DNA of 64,000 nt from Octopus vulgaris (GCA_951406725.2 OX597817.1:94240001-94304000); one strand, 5' to 3'; positions 14,326-30,425 are shown, numbered from the stretch's first letter. Translations and numbers: made by a program. Notes: generated by a model not told the origin, from the letters alone.

Positions 14326-17300
14326 TCATGCAAAGAGTTCAGGCCATTTCTGGTCAAGAGAGACTTTGAACCGAGCGGTCGTCAGCATCTTCACTATCTC
14401 GTCCGGCAGCTTATTCCACGGATCCGCAACCCTGATGGAGAAAGCCCCTCTCCTTCGATTGAGATGAAATCGTCGAAGATAGAGCTTTTCGGGGTGACCC
14501 CGCAGCCGACGCTCTGGAGCAGGAGTGAAGAACAGCTCTTTCGAGAGGTTACACTTTTCGCTTATGATGTTGTGAGCGAGAATGAGATCACCACGGCGTC
14601 GTCGTTTTTCTAGAGAATAAAGGTCGAGCGTCTTCAGCTTTTCTTCATAAGACAAATGCTTGAGACCAAGAACCATGTGGGTAGCCAGCTTCTGGACTCT
14701 TTCGAGATGATTTATGTCTTTGAGGAGATAAGGAGAAGAGGCTTGAATCCCGTACTCCAATATGGGTCTCACCACCGTGACACAGAGCGGTAGGAATATG
14801 GCTGCTGTGAACATTCCGAATGACCGTCGAATCAAAAACAGAACTCCGCGTGCTTTGTTGGCAGCATGGACGCACTGGGCCGAAGGCGAAAAGGAAGAAT
14901 CCACCAAGATACCCAGGTCCTTTACCTGGTCGGTCCTCTCCAGCAGCAGACGACCCGGCTCGAAATCAAGTTGAGTTGCAGGAGAGGAGCCAACAAGCAG
15001 ATGACAGCACTTTGACACGTTCAGACACAGGTCCCATTCGTTAGACCATCTCCAAACTTGGTGGAGGCATCGACGAAGATAATCTATATCATCGCGAGGA
15101 GCGACCAGTTTGACATCATCGGCAAATAGAAGGGTGTGTTGCGTGAGGTCGTCGGGCAAGTCATTTATGAAGACTCAAAAACAATAAGGGCCCAAGCACT
15201 GAACCTTGAGGCACGCCACTGCTCGCACTGGAGACGTCGGACAGCGAACCATTAACTTGGACTTGGAAGGGGCGATCTGAGAGGAAGGCACCAACCCATC
15301 GTACAATATCCGGATGGAAACTATATGCTTGAAGCTTGACAAGTAATAGGCGGTGGTTAACCGAGTCAAAAGCTTTGGCAAAGTCCAATAAAACGATGTC
15401 AACAGCATCACCATCATCCATGATACGCGTCACCAATTCTTCCATTACCAGTAAGTTGGTCAAGCATGGTCTCTTCGGCACGAAGCCGTGTTGGGAATCA
15501 GAGATAGAGCCTGTGTTTTGGAGGTGGAGCAACATTTTATTAAGGATGGTTTCGAAAATCTTGCTGATTATTGAAGTAAGGGAAACCGGTCGGTAGTTAA
15601 GCGGGTCTTCGCGGCTCCCTTTCTTGAAAATTGGGCAGATTATCGCTGTTCTCCAGTCCGCCGGTATAACACCCGTCGCCAATGACATATTGAATAGAAG
15701 TGTTAAAGGTTCGCAGATGACCGGAGCCAACACTTTGATAATTTAGTTCATCATTACTCGGAGTATTTTTGTCTAGGCGTTCATTCAGGTTTACTTTCAT
15801 TCTCTCTTAGAATTTCTTTTCACTGGAAGATTTGAACTGCCCGAAGCATCTATCAAATCAACACCCAGTGACTGGTGCAGAACAGAGATGTTTTAATAGT
15901 GAAGTAATCATTTGCAGCTGAATGGCCTGGTCATACACACTGCACAATACTGAGAGCTCCCAAATATCTAATTCTCGGGTGGTTGTTCCCTGACCTACCG
16001 ACTCGACTATTTATGGGTATAGTCAATTAAAGATATATTCTGGTCGTACCTAGTAGTAACTTAATGAATCCAATGAGATGAAAGACAAATATATTCCCGG
16101 CGAGGTTCTGGCCTCGACAATGTGACCTCGACAGAACACAGAGAACGAATAGAAATAATTAAAAAAAAACCTACTGCGATATATTTTTAGTGTGCCACTC
16201 TGCAATCCTTGTACAAGCGTTCACATCACGGTGACTACTGACCCTTGTTGACATCGAGGCCTTGAATAACGCGTTCGACTTCGTCCCGAGTGATGACCAA
16301 TCTAGGCATTGGAGGTACCGATCTATCAAATGAAGGGGGTTCACGACCATCATCTTGTTTGAAAATTGTTGAAAAAGCCTCGGTAAATAACTGACTCTGC
16401 TGATAAGGGTCCTCAATCAATACGCCTGTTGAGTCTACCAACGTTGCAATTTGGTTGTTCAAGCGGGAATTCCGTTGGACATAGGCAAAGAAGGTTTTTG
16501 GATTGCGACTGGCGTTTGCCGCGATTCTGTATTCATATCTGAAGCGTTCTTCCTTTTCAATTTTCACGGCTCGGTCTCGTTGAGTTTTGTACACCTCAAA
16601 AGCTGCAGTCGAATTTAGATTTTTGAATTCAGCCCAAGCAATATCTCTGAGTCGAAGTTCTCGTTTAACCTTCTTCGTCACTGGGAAGATTACGTATGCT
16701 TTGAGGGACGACCATAGTTCATCAGCTGAGGACATCGTCATCAGGGATCGCCAGTCCAGAAGCGCAGAAGCCTCGGTTAGAATTTCAAGATTGATTGCAG
16801 AGAAGATTCTACGTGGCAGTGAAGTAGTTGTAGGCGTAGAAAAAGTTGTGTGCATGTCGAACTTCAGGACCGCGTGATCACTCTTGGCAAGAGGGTTGCA
16901 CACAGATAAGCCTGACACTGACCTTGAATAGCAGGAGAATACAAGATCTAGCATAGATGGCTGCTGCCCAGACCGATGCCTTGTGGGAGATTCAACATGT
17001 TGCGATAGAAAACAATCTTCAGCCACGTCAAGAAGGGCCTGGCCGAACCGGGAAGATGATGTACAAATTGATACGGGCCAGTCGATCGTGAGAGCGTTGA
17101 AGTCTAATATCAAACATTCATGAGAAGATGAAACGAATCTTATCGCTTCGAGTAAATGAGCATCATCCTGGGGGTCGGCAAGAGGCGGCCTGTAGACAGC
17201 TAACACGGGCAGGCAAAACCCGAATAGGCTCAGCTTGCAATAGACGGCATCGAATTTTGTTGTAGGTTGAGCATTAGTGGGTAGAATACCGCTGGACGGT

Positions 17301-17560
17301 TTGAGATCAGATTTAACATAAACGGCAACACCTCCACCTCGCCTTTTTTCTCTGTCACATCTGAAGAGGGCGTAGCCCTGTAGGTGGATTTCCGAGTCCT
17401 TTACTGCTGGTGTCAGCCAAGTCTCGGTGATAACTATCACATCTGGGGAATCACGCATGACCAGTGTAAATAATTCACTGAACTTTGGAAATAAGGAGCA
17501 CGAGTTGGTATAGACGATGCTGAGCTGTGAAATTTGAGGGGCGGGAATTAGGGAACAAGC
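14326..17560 (-). pseudogene. CR1 ORF2 (APE endonuclease plus RT), disrupted by an insertion, deletions and a frameshift near 15160
   Basis: ORF pieces 16235-17458, 15161-15733 and 14326-15159. Confidence 0.9.
15741..16240 (+). repeat. Templated 500-bp insertion into the LINE ORF2
   Basis: Copy of 12313-12812; breaks the ORF between VNKG and IKVLAPVI; no TSD. Confidence 0.95.
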
Positions 17561-17635
17561 AGAATAAGGGGTATCAGAGATAGTATCACTTTCCCTATCA
17601 GCACTACAGCATGCGACCAGAGGTAGAACTTGATT

Positions 17636-18573
17636 ATTTATCCATCTTGGATGCGTAAACCCTTCTCTCCCATCTGTTTTCTCATCTTCAGTTCGGATAT
17701 CAGGTTTCTCCGACGAATTCTCTCTCTCAGTGAGTATTTCTAGCGAAAACCCATATTGGGGTCCTCCCAGGCATGCTTCTGAGCTCTGTTCAGAAAGGTT
17801 GAAGCCTCCTGATCGGAGGAAAAGATTACTCTTGTTGGGCGTGGTCTAGTGTCTGAGGTTGAGTTCACTTGGAATCTTCCTAGCCGAGCAACCATATGGA
17901 TACTGACAATTTCGTTGACATTTTCTCCAACTAAAACGGAAATAAAATTTATGTCATCTTTTGGTCGGTTTATGCCTGTATCACTGGTAGATTCAGCTTT
18001 ACCATAAATGATTGCTGATCTTGAGTGGGAAAAATGGTCGTTCTGTTCTCTACTGTGAACTGCGGCATTTGATTCTTCATCGGATAAATTAGAAAGGGCG
18101 GTTCCTTAGCCATCAGACTTATGTAGGCCTTTGGGGTCGATCGGAATGGGTTTAGTGGTCATAACTTTCCCGCCTGGTTTGGAACTGCACTGCCTCTTCT
18201 TCGTTTTGGAGGAGCACCACTCCCCAGATGAACTCACATCAAGATCATTCAGAATTGGTTGAGCAATGGCATTGATGGGAAGAACAAAGGAGGGAGAATC
18301 CAAACAGATTTGATCTTGAGCAGGTTTCGCAGCTAAATCTGCCCCACTGGAGTTTTGACTACGTTTCTTCTTTTTGGGAGAACAACGGTCTTCAGGTGGG
18401 TTTGAGTCTACGCTCCTCAATTCAGGTTGGGGAACCTCCGGGACAGAAATGGCAGATGAGGAAGAATCTGCACAGATACGGTCATGAGTGGAAACGACCG
18501 CCGGTTCTTTCGCCTTCTTTGGCCGCTTCAATTTTGATCCCTTCTGTTTGGAAGTTTTTAGGGAAGAAATCAA
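17636..18573 (-). pseudogene. CR1 ORF1 remnant
   Basis: Low-complexity basic region, then IIYG..ES, RLGR....RPRPTRVIF and ELK.R...GEKGLRI motifs typical of CR1/L2 ORF1. Confidence 0.7.
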
Positions 18574-19242
18574 GGGTGGCTCTGCGTCAATAGGAGACTT
18601 AGAATGGGATCCAGTTTGTTTATTCTGTAAATCAGCAACAACAGACTTAACAAAACGTATTTGTACAAGTTGACTTCAAGTCTCACCCTGAGACCTCAAG
18701 AGACAAGTAAGTTCATGTTGGTGTTATGCCTAGGGTATCATATATTTGGTTTTGCAATAAGTATTGCTCTAGAGAATGTTTAAGAAAATATAAGAAAATT
18801 ATGAGTTTGTTTTAAAATTTGAGATTACATAGACAGTATTTTACGTAAGATATGGGCAGTTCCCATGAACACTATTCTTTGAGTTTCTGCCATTTTGGGG
18901 TTTCCTGGTATTTGAGCTAGGTAGGAATCAGCCCCATTCCTGTGGCACCTATGATAACAGGTATTGTTCTAGTATTCAGGTTCCACAGTTTGCTAATTTC
19001 TATTTCAATATCTTTATACTTGCTCAGTTTTTGGTAGGCCTTGACAGATACATTTATATCGATTGGGACAGTCATATCAATGAGGAGGCATGTTTTTTGT
19101 CTGAAGGAGTGATATGTGATCATTTTCAAGCACTAGAGGTTGTTTTTGTTCTCACCAGTTTTTTATCATGGGGCAGGTCCAGGTTTCTGCAAATTACCCA
19201 TCTCTATCATGCCTGTTGAGATACTCTGCAGGCGCAAGAAGA

Positions 19243-19274
<32 letters not shown>

Positions 19275-19279
<5 letters not shown>

Positions 19280-21425
19280 TAGTTTTATTTTTATAGCGTG
19301 CTTTCACTTCACTACCGAGCGCAGCTCTGTGCGCCTTAGGTATGTGCTGTGATTTGTTGTGATGCTCTGATGGTTATTGTATGGAAAGTGTTCTGCGTAG
19401 GATGTGTGCGGTGCCTAGTAGTGCAATTTTCTGTATGTTATATGTGTTTGTAAGTCCTGGTGTTTTTGTTATGTATTTGTCTGAATATTTTTTTATCATG
19501 TCTAATGCACCTACTATGATAGGGATTGTTTCTGTTTTTAGATTCCACATTCTGGTTACCTCTATTTCCAGGTCTTTGTATTTTGAGAGTTTCTCTATTT
19601 CTTTTAGAGACACGTTGTCATCTGCCGGTATTGGTACATCAATTAGAAAAAAATGTTTATCTTCATGATCTCTGACAACTATATCTGGCCTGTTGGCCTT
19701 AATTTCTCTATCTGTGTGTATCGGCATATCCCAGAGTATGGTTGCTTTCTCGTTTTCTGTGACGTTTTCTGGTGTGTGGCCTATACCATCTTTTTTCTGT
19801 TGTTATTCCATAATGTTGGCATAGCTTCCAATGTATGTAGGTTCCAACTCTGTCATGTCTGTGAATATATTCCTTCTTAGCCAGGACTGGGCAGCTAGAG
19901 ATAATATGATTTATTGTTTCTTGTCCATCTCCACATATTCTGCAGTTACTTGTTATATTTCTTTTCATTACATGTTTTTGGTAATTTCTGGTGGAGAGGC
20001 TTTGGTCTTGTGCTGCAATTAAAAATCCCTCTGTTTCTGCTTTGGGTCCTGAGCTTCTCAACCATTGCTGGGATTTTTCTTTGTCTATTTCTTTTGCGTT
20101 TAGTTTAGTCCAGTATTTACTATGAAGGGGCTTTTCTTGCCATCGTTTTATTATGGTTCGTTGCTGTTCTATTTTTAGTTTGGATTTCATTTGTTTTATA
20201 GCTTTTGTTGTTTCTTCATCTTCTTCTTCTTCTTCTTCTTCTTCTTCATATTTATTAGGTGGTATGATTTCTTGTTTGTATTTGTCAGCTTCCTTAAATA
20301 CTGAGTACAGTTTTTTGCTTTGCTCGTGTCTTGCCGCTATTTGTATCAGTTTTCCTTCCTTCTGAAGAAGATATTTTTGCAGTCCTATGGCGGTTATTTT
20401 ATAGTAGTTTTCCAGTTGTATAAGGCCTCTACCACCTTCTATACGTTGTATATATAGTCTTTCTATGTCAGATTTTGGGTGATGCATCCTAGATCCTGTC
20501 ATTATTTTTCTTGTTTTCCTATCTATTTTGGTTAGTTCATTTAACGTCCAGTTAAGGATATTGTAGCTGTAACTTATAACTGGGACAGCTAAAGTGTTAA
20601 TACCTATTATCTTGTTTTTAGCATTGGGCTCTGTTTTTAGTATTGATCTAACTCGTCTATAATATTCTTTTTTTATCTTCTCTTTCATTTGTGTGTGTTG
20701 TGTCTTATCTAGTTCATGGATTCCTAAGTATTTGTAAGTTTGGCTTTAGTCTAATTCTTTTATTTCATTGATTTTATCTAGTGTGATGTTGCTACTCTTA
20801 GCTAGTTTTCCTCTTTTCATGGTTACTTTGGCGCATTTTTCTAATCCAAATTTCATATCTATTTCTTTGGTAAATCCATGAACTGTCTTTAATAGTGTTT
20901 CCAGCTGTTTGTCATTTGCAGCGTATAGTTTTAGGTCATCCATATATAAAAGGTGGCTGATCGTTTTGCCGTAACATTTATATCCGCATCCAGTTCTATT
21001 TAGCATATCAGATAGAGGTGACAGTGCCAAACAGAAAAGGAGTGGAGAGAGCGTGTCTCCCTGGAATATTCCTCTTCTAATGGGGATGTCTTTGGTTTTC
21101 ATGAGTCCCTCTTTTGTTTGGAGGTGTAGGACTGTTTGCCATTTATTCATAGAGTGCTCTATGAATTTTATGATTGTTGGTGCTACTTTGTTAATGGCTA
21201 GTGTTTCGAGGATCCATGTGTGGGGGATGCTATTAAACGTCTTTTTGTAGTCAATCCAGGCCATACTGAGGCCTTTCTTCTTTCTGTGGCTGTCTTCAGT
21301 TATGGCTTTATTAATCATTAGTTGATCTTTACAGCCATATGAGCCTTTGCGGCATCCTTTCTGCTCTTCTGGGAACAGTTTGTTTTCGTCCAGGTGCTTG
21401 TTCAACCTTTGCGATATCACTGCAA
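19275..21425 (-). mobile_element. R4/Dong element family B, 5'-truncated, relatively intact RT-CCHC-RLE, flanked by (TAA)n
   Basis: EEQKGC, WIDYKK.F, GIFQGDTLSP, YMDD; CRIC...ETINHIISSC, HRHD, ANRPDIV; one in-frame stop at 20746 and one frameshift near 19780. Confidence 0.95.
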
Positions 21426-23850
<2,425 letters not shown>

Positions 23851-24436
23851 AAAGTGATGACCCAGGTCTCATCTATGATTATTCTCTCCGAATAAAAGCT
23901 TCGTCTTCATCTATGTGGTGGTTGTGTAAGCGTTGGCAGATCTCCACATCATTGAGATTTCATACGATGTAATGTGGCACACCATCGAGTTTTGAAAATA
24001 TCGCTGGTAGCACTATATATGCAAATTGTTTTCTTTGACTTTGGACTCTGAAATTGAATTATATATTATTATGTGCTAAGTTTTCCATTGTAAATCTGTG
24101 ACTGTAATATTCCAAATTATGCAGTGTTGCATACGCCTGCTTCACCGTATGTCTATTAAAAATCTGCTGGTGATTTCTAATTTCTCAGTCTCACTACGTA
24201 ATTTTTTACTAGTATTATTTAATGACTTATTTCTTCAATATCTATACGTTTTGCTAAAAATAACAGTTAAAAATTTTTTTAATCGAAGTTTTAAATCAAT
24301 TTATCGCAGTAGACAGCTTTTGATAAAGAGGATACTAGACTGGTCTATTAAGACGATCAACTGATCCTTGGTGACAATAGCTGTTAAGGAATAGGAATGA
24401 TGCAGACAATAAGATAGTTATACGAGATGTTTTATC

Positions 24437-24841
24437 TCTCTTACTCTTTACTCTTTTACTTGTTTCAGTCATTTGACTGCGGCCATGCTGGAGCACCGCC
24501 TTTAGTCGAGCAAATCGACCCCGGGACTTATTCTTTGTAAGCCCAGTACTTATTCTATCGGTCTCTTTTACCGAACCGCTAAGTGACGGGGACGTAAACA
24601 CACCAGCATCGGTTGTCAAGCAATGATTGGGGGACAAACACAGACACACAAACATATACACACACATACATACACATATATACATATATACGACAGGCTT
24701 CTTTCAGTTTCCATCTACCAAATCCATTCACAAGGCTTTGGTCAGCCCGAGACACTTGCCCAAGATGCCACACAGTGGGACTGAACCCGGAACCATGTGG
24801 TTGGTAAGCAAGCTACTTACCACACAGCCACTCCTGCGCCT
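24437..24841 (-). mobile_element. SINE family A, full-length
   Basis: Complete head to (AAGAGTA)n tail on the minus strand. Confidence 0.92.
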
Positions 24842-25825
24842 ATTTAGTTATGTGTATATTTATTCTCATTATTTACTTTTATTATTTGCTTTCTTCTTAC
24901 ACACAATTTTTTTGATCAGCTGAACTGAACTTGGGGTTTACGATCTAATATTTTTGTTTTAAATACTAATGAACTGATTGTAATAGAATCAACGTAAGTG
25001 AAATATGGTTTGATTTAACAGAATCATTGCGTTCATATCTGAGGGCACTTCACTTACTAATGCTACTGAAATAATATTGATGTTATGTAACATATCTAAT
25101 ATATATTATCTAATAATATTTTGGCAAGTATCTACTGGTAAAGGAGAGATGAAATAATTATAGTATTATGCCATAAAGCGTGTTTAATCAATCCAATCTC
25201 TCGTTTACACTTTCACTCATACACACACACACGCCCCCCCCCACACACACACACACGATTATGCGCGTGCATATGCTTCGGGGAAATGCCTTGCAATATT
25301 CCGGTTCTTTACGTTAGGAGTTCAAATTAAACAAAGGTCAACTTTGCCCTTCATCCCCGCAGGATTAATAACATGGGGTACCGGGATCCACTCCAGTTCT
25401 AAGGCCTTTAACTGTAATTGAGTGTAACATATCTATTATTACCGATGAAAAAGAGCTGACAGTTGTAAGCCATATTTCAGCTATATATTTATTTTAATTA
25501 TTACATCATGCAAAACCTATTAGATATTGCTTACGAACCTTTCTTAAGTGTGATATTTTTGTAAGGAAAACGCGGATACGGTCATTTTTATTGATTTATT
25601 TTTATAGGTGATTCATAAATAGCCACATTTTCGATCAGGAAAACCCTATATTAATCGATGACTAAGCTTTCAATAAATGTATTTGTTAGACTTAGACTTT
25701 GAGCAAAATTCGAAATAGCTTCTATTAAATAATGACCCAAACAAGTTGTATAGTGTGTCACCACTGGGTGCATTATATGGATGAGAGCATAAAACGAAGT
25801 GTAAATAACAAATGTGCTGAGATTA

Positions 25826-25995
25826 GGCGCAGGCAAAGCTGTGTGGTAAGAAGCTTGCTTACCAACCACATGGCTCCGGGTTCAGTCCCACTGTGTGACA
25901 CCTTGGTCAAGTGTCTTCTGCTATAGCACCGGGCCGACCACAGCCTTGTGAGTGGATTTGGTAGACAGAAGCCCGTCGTGTGTGTTTGTGTGTTT

Positions 25996-26048
<53 letters not shown>

Positions 26049-26220
26049 TGTGTGTGAGTGTGTGAGTATGTTCGTGTGTCTGTGTTTATCCCTCTACCAT
26101 CACTTGAAAACCAATGTTGGTGTGTTTACGTCCCCGTAATTTAGCGGTTCAGTAAAAGGGGCCAATAGAATAAGAATAAGTCCTGGGGCCGATTTGTTCG
26201 ACTAAAGGTGGTGCTCCAGA
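25826..26220 (+). mobile_element. SINE family A
   Basis: GGCGCAGGCAAAGCTGTGTGG head, internal (TG)n. Confidence 0.88.
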
Positions 26221-26399
26221 ATTAGATTTGAAGAGTATATTTTATCTTGCTGTGTCTTGTAATAACAAAGACGGCGTTGGAAAGAAGATGCAGGTTCGAG
26301 TCTTTTGGTACGTTTGTGTTATTTTGATTCGTGTATAAATCTTTTGAAACTTTATTTAAATGTAAATCATGCACCAATGCTTTTGACATTTTATTTATA

Positions 26400-26510
26400 T
26401 TGTCATCCTTTCGGGGTCGATAAATTAAATACCAGTAAAACACTGTGGTCGTTGTAATCAACTAGTCCCTTCCCCCAAATTTCAGGTCTTCTACCTTTAG
26501 TAGAAAGGTT
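26400..26510 (+). mobile_element. SINE family B, 3' half
   Basis: TCATCCTTTCGGGGTCGATAAATTAAATACCAG. Confidence 0.7.
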
Positions 26511-27039
26511 TTTTTATTATTCATTTTGTTTATGTACAAGCATGTGTGTATTCATCATTATTTTATTTATTCACTGTTAGCAAAATTGAACCATGTCTTT
26601 GACAATTCCAGTCTGTATTGATTATATGTTGTGTGTGACTTTTGGTTAACCCTGTATTGTCACATACACATGCATACAACACACTCAGTCATTTTATTTA
26701 AATGAGAGGAGTTGCTCTTTCAAATATATCATGACGAACCTGAAACAGTCCTAGAGTAGAGAGGGCATGTCATTGACCTGGTCTTGGATGACGACGAAAC
26801 TCTGCTTCAACACACGATTTCACACCAGGAACCTTGCAAACTAAATATAAAAATAAGATACATAGATAGGTAGACCTTGTGACAGACTGCCAGACAGACC
26901 CATCATCTTGCATTCTCTATGTCTCATGAGATTATGGATCTATACTTTCCAAGTATCCCTCCAAGAAAGGCAAAAACGCTACAGAAACTCATGTGTTGTC
27001 CGTGATAGCTTATGAATTAACTTGTATGAGCAGAACAAC

Positions 27040-27121
27040 TGTTTCTCGCGTGCGTATGTATGCATACATACCCACACACTCGCATGCATCCCTACCCACA
27101 TACATACACGCACACCTACTC

Positions 27122-27152
<31 letters not shown>

Positions 27153-28615
27153 TACCCGCACACACACACACATACATACATACACACACATACCTACTTC
27201 AGACATACACACACACAGACATACACCCATACACTCACACTCACACGCATACACACACACATACACACGCACACGTACACATACACACACACACACACCT
27301 ACATACATACATTACACTTGTACACACACACACTTACATTCATACACACACACACCTACACAGCCATACCCTCACTCAGACACACACACCTACCTACACA
27401 CACACACAAACACACACAGACACACACCTATACATACATACATCTACACACACAGGCCTACACACATACATACACACATACATAAACACACACACATACA
27501 CATACACACACATACGCACACACACATATACTTATACACATGCACACACACACACATACATACATACACCCATACACATACACACACACATACCTACATA
27601 CTCCTATACGCACATACATACACACAGACATACACACATACACACTCACACAAACATACACACACACATACTTACACACACACTCGCCTGCACGCGCACA
27701 CACATGCATGACAAACACCCATACACTCACACTCACATACGCACACACCAACATAAACACGCACACGCACACACATACCTACACTCCCACACACATACAT
27801 ACGCACCTACATACACACACGCACGCATACACACGCACACACACGCATACACACATACATTACACACGTACACACACACCTACATACACATGCATACACA
27901 CACACACAAACATGCACGGACACACCCAGACATACATACATACACCTATATACACACGCCCACACACCTACATACACACACATACATACACACACATACA
28001 CGGATACACCCATGCATACTTACATACATACACCTATACACACACGCCTACACACCTACATACACACACATGCATACACACACACACATGTACGCACATA
28101 CACACACATATACGCACATACATATATACCCACACACATGCACACACACACACATACGCACATGCATGCATGCATGCACACGCGCACACCTACACGCATA
28201 CACACACACACACGCACGTACACATACATACATACACACACACATACATACACCCATACACATACATGCATCCTACACACACATACATACACACTCACAC
28301 ATACATACACACACACACACTCACTCACACACCTGTATGTACGCGCACACACATGCACATACACACACTTCCACACACCCACACGTACATACATACACAC
28401 TCATACACATACACACACACACACACACACGGACATACATCTATGCACACACATATATACACACATACTCACATACATTCATCGGACACACTGACACCCA
28501 GACATACACACAGACACACTCACACATCCACACACATACATACTTACGCGCATACTCGCAGGCGCGCGCACACACGCGCTTGCGCCGGTTCGCGCACGCA
28601 TACGCGCTGCATGCA
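27040..28615. repeat. ~1.6-kb degenerate (CA)/(TACA) compound microsatellite
   Basis: Direct inspection; the His/Thr-rich ORFs are artefacts. Confidence 0.95.
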
Positions 28616-29422
28616 CCTCGCTCTTGGACCCGACGAGACCTCCCGCTCGTTCCTGGGACCGTCGCTTGTCGTTGGGTTTTCCCACGCCCGTCTCCGCGGG
28701 ACCACTCTTCCATCTTCCCCTCAGCTGGAGTCCTTTTTCCTTAACCCCCCCTTTTTTTGTTACACACACGCGCGCACACATATACACACCCACTCACACA
28801 CACACATTGCTTAAATATATACATTACTCTTACACACATTCAATCTACTCGCCATTAATACTACCACGACACTGGACACACACACACACTACTACTCAAC
28901 ACACGCTGGCACGCTACATACGCCCCCACCCCTTCCCCTCCCTCCCTTCCTCCTTCCTTCATTTTCTTACTACTGACCACTGTCTGCTATGCCTACTACT
29001 GTCTCGCCCTACCTCACACGCCTACACACAGACGCACACACTAACACATACATATATTTTTTATTTTTTTATCTCGCCTCACACACACATACACACACGC
29101 ACACGCACACACACATACACACACATCTGTTGCGTTACCAACCCTGTCTCCACTCTTTTGGCTTTAAAAACCTACTTTGCTCTTGTTATCGTAAACTTCC
29201 GCCTTTCACCATGTGTAACTCGTAAACACCAGTCGTTTTTTTCTCCATCTCCTGTTGCCCGCTTTGGGATCTTTCTTTCCTCTCTCTTCCTTCTTTATGT
29301 TTCCGACGAAGAGCTCCGCTCGAAACGTCATACCTTTCTGCTTCCATATTTCCTGAGCGCCTATTAATAATAATACTGTAATTGTTCCATTGTTGTTGTT
29401 TTTTTGTTTTCCCGTTTGGATT

Positions 29423-29430
<8 letters not shown>
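28615..29430 (+). mobile_element. PLE-type 3' terminal (pLTR) segment with minimal hammerhead, ending in (TA)n
   Basis: Terminal block TTCCTGAGCGCC.AT.A.TAATA related to 32756-32890; hammerhead core at 29303. Confidence 0.6.
29297..29333 (+). ncRNA. Minimal hammerhead-like motif (CCGACGA core)
   Basis: CCGACGA-A-GAGC-tcc-GCTC-GAAA-CG-TC; palindromic ACGT in place of stem III. Confidence 0.6.
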
Positions 29431-29479
<49 letters not shown>

Positions 29480-29485
<6 letters not shown>

Positions 29486-29700
29486 GTGTGTCTGTCTGTC
29501 TGTGTGAATCCCTAAAACTTGAGAACTACACAACCAATTTCATTCAAATTTTAGACATTCCTTACTTAGGGTCCATGTAGAGTCATGGGCAAAGAAAATG
29601 TTTAACGTCTTGCCTAGGGCGAGCCTACTGCAATATCATATCTTCTCCACTATTTCAGTCTTACGTGTTAAAAGTGAAACAAAAACATCTCTCTATTGTA
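29480..29700 (+). mobile_element. Helitron-like non-autonomous element, 5' part
   Basis: (TCTG)n followed by AACTACACAACCAATTTCATTCAAATTTT, related to internal motifs at 41230-41574. Confidence 0.45.
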
Positions 29701-29728
29701 TGTATATGGATGTGTATATATATGGATG

Positions 29729-29778
<50 letters not shown>

Positions 29779-30025
29779 CATATACATGTATATATATAGC
29801 TGTATAATATTTATACATGTATATGTATAGCTGTATATGTATAGATGTATTTCTATAGATATACAGGTATGTGTATACATGTATGTCTAGATGTATATAT
29901 ATATATATAGATGTACATGTAATATGTACGCATATATATACATATATATATATATGCATACCTATATACACAGAAACACACATACACACACACTCCCACA
30001 CACACACACACACATACACATACAT

Positions 30026-30345
30026 AGGTGCAGGTGTGGCTGTGTGGTAACAAACTTGGTTCCAAAACACATGGTCTTCAGTTCTGTCCCACTGTGTAGT
30101 AATTTGGCATGTGTCTTCTGCTATAACCTGAGACCAACCAAAGCCTTGTCAGTGGATTTTGTAGACAGAAACAGAAACAAATCAATTGTATATATATGTA
30201 TGTATATATGTAAGTCTATGTGTGTGTCTTTGTGTTTCTCCCTCATCACTGCTCCACAACTGGGGTTCGTTTATTTACATCCCCATAACTTACTGGTTTC
30301 ACAAGAAGAAACTGATAGAATAAGTACCAAGCTTATCAAAATATA
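30026..30345 (+). mobile_element. SINE family A, diverged
   Basis: GGTGCAGGTGTGGCTGTGTGG head. Confidence 0.8.
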
Positions 30346-30425
30346 AAAAAGCACTACGCAGTGTCTCATATTTTTGTTTGCTCACTCAGTTGTATCTATC
30401 AATTTATCTTTGTGTGTGTGTATGT

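Larger units (their letters stand above)
14246..18656 (-). mobile_element. CR1-type LINE (partial ORF1 plus APE-RT ORF2), 5'-truncated, (AACTT)n tail, 6-bp TSD GTATTT
   Basis: APE motifs ITETWL, GGGVAVYV, YRPP, LDLVF, SDH; RT motifs YRPVSLTS, DFAKAFDSV, GVPQGSVLGP, FADD; C-terminal RGHPEKL...FSIRV..WNKLP; GTATTT at 14240-14245 and 18657-18662. Confidence 0.95.
14218..19243 (-). mobile_element. R4/Dong element (family of 300-1850), 3' portion split by the CR1 insertion (pieces 14218-14245 and 18657-19243)
   Basis: 3' end TTGACTTTTGCTTTGTATTT joins GTACAAGTTG...; RLE ORF 18917-19129 CLLIDMTVPID...SKYKDIEIEISKLW. Confidence 0.88.

Noticed and set aside
26728-26762. ATGACGA-ACCT-GAAAC hammerhead-like string
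   Set aside because: Core mismatch, negligible stems and no PLE or (TA)n context
26993-28814. 583-aa and 424-aa His/Thr-rich ORFs
   Set aside because: Open frames arise from the stop-poor (CA)/(TACA) repeat; several frames are open at once and no domain is present
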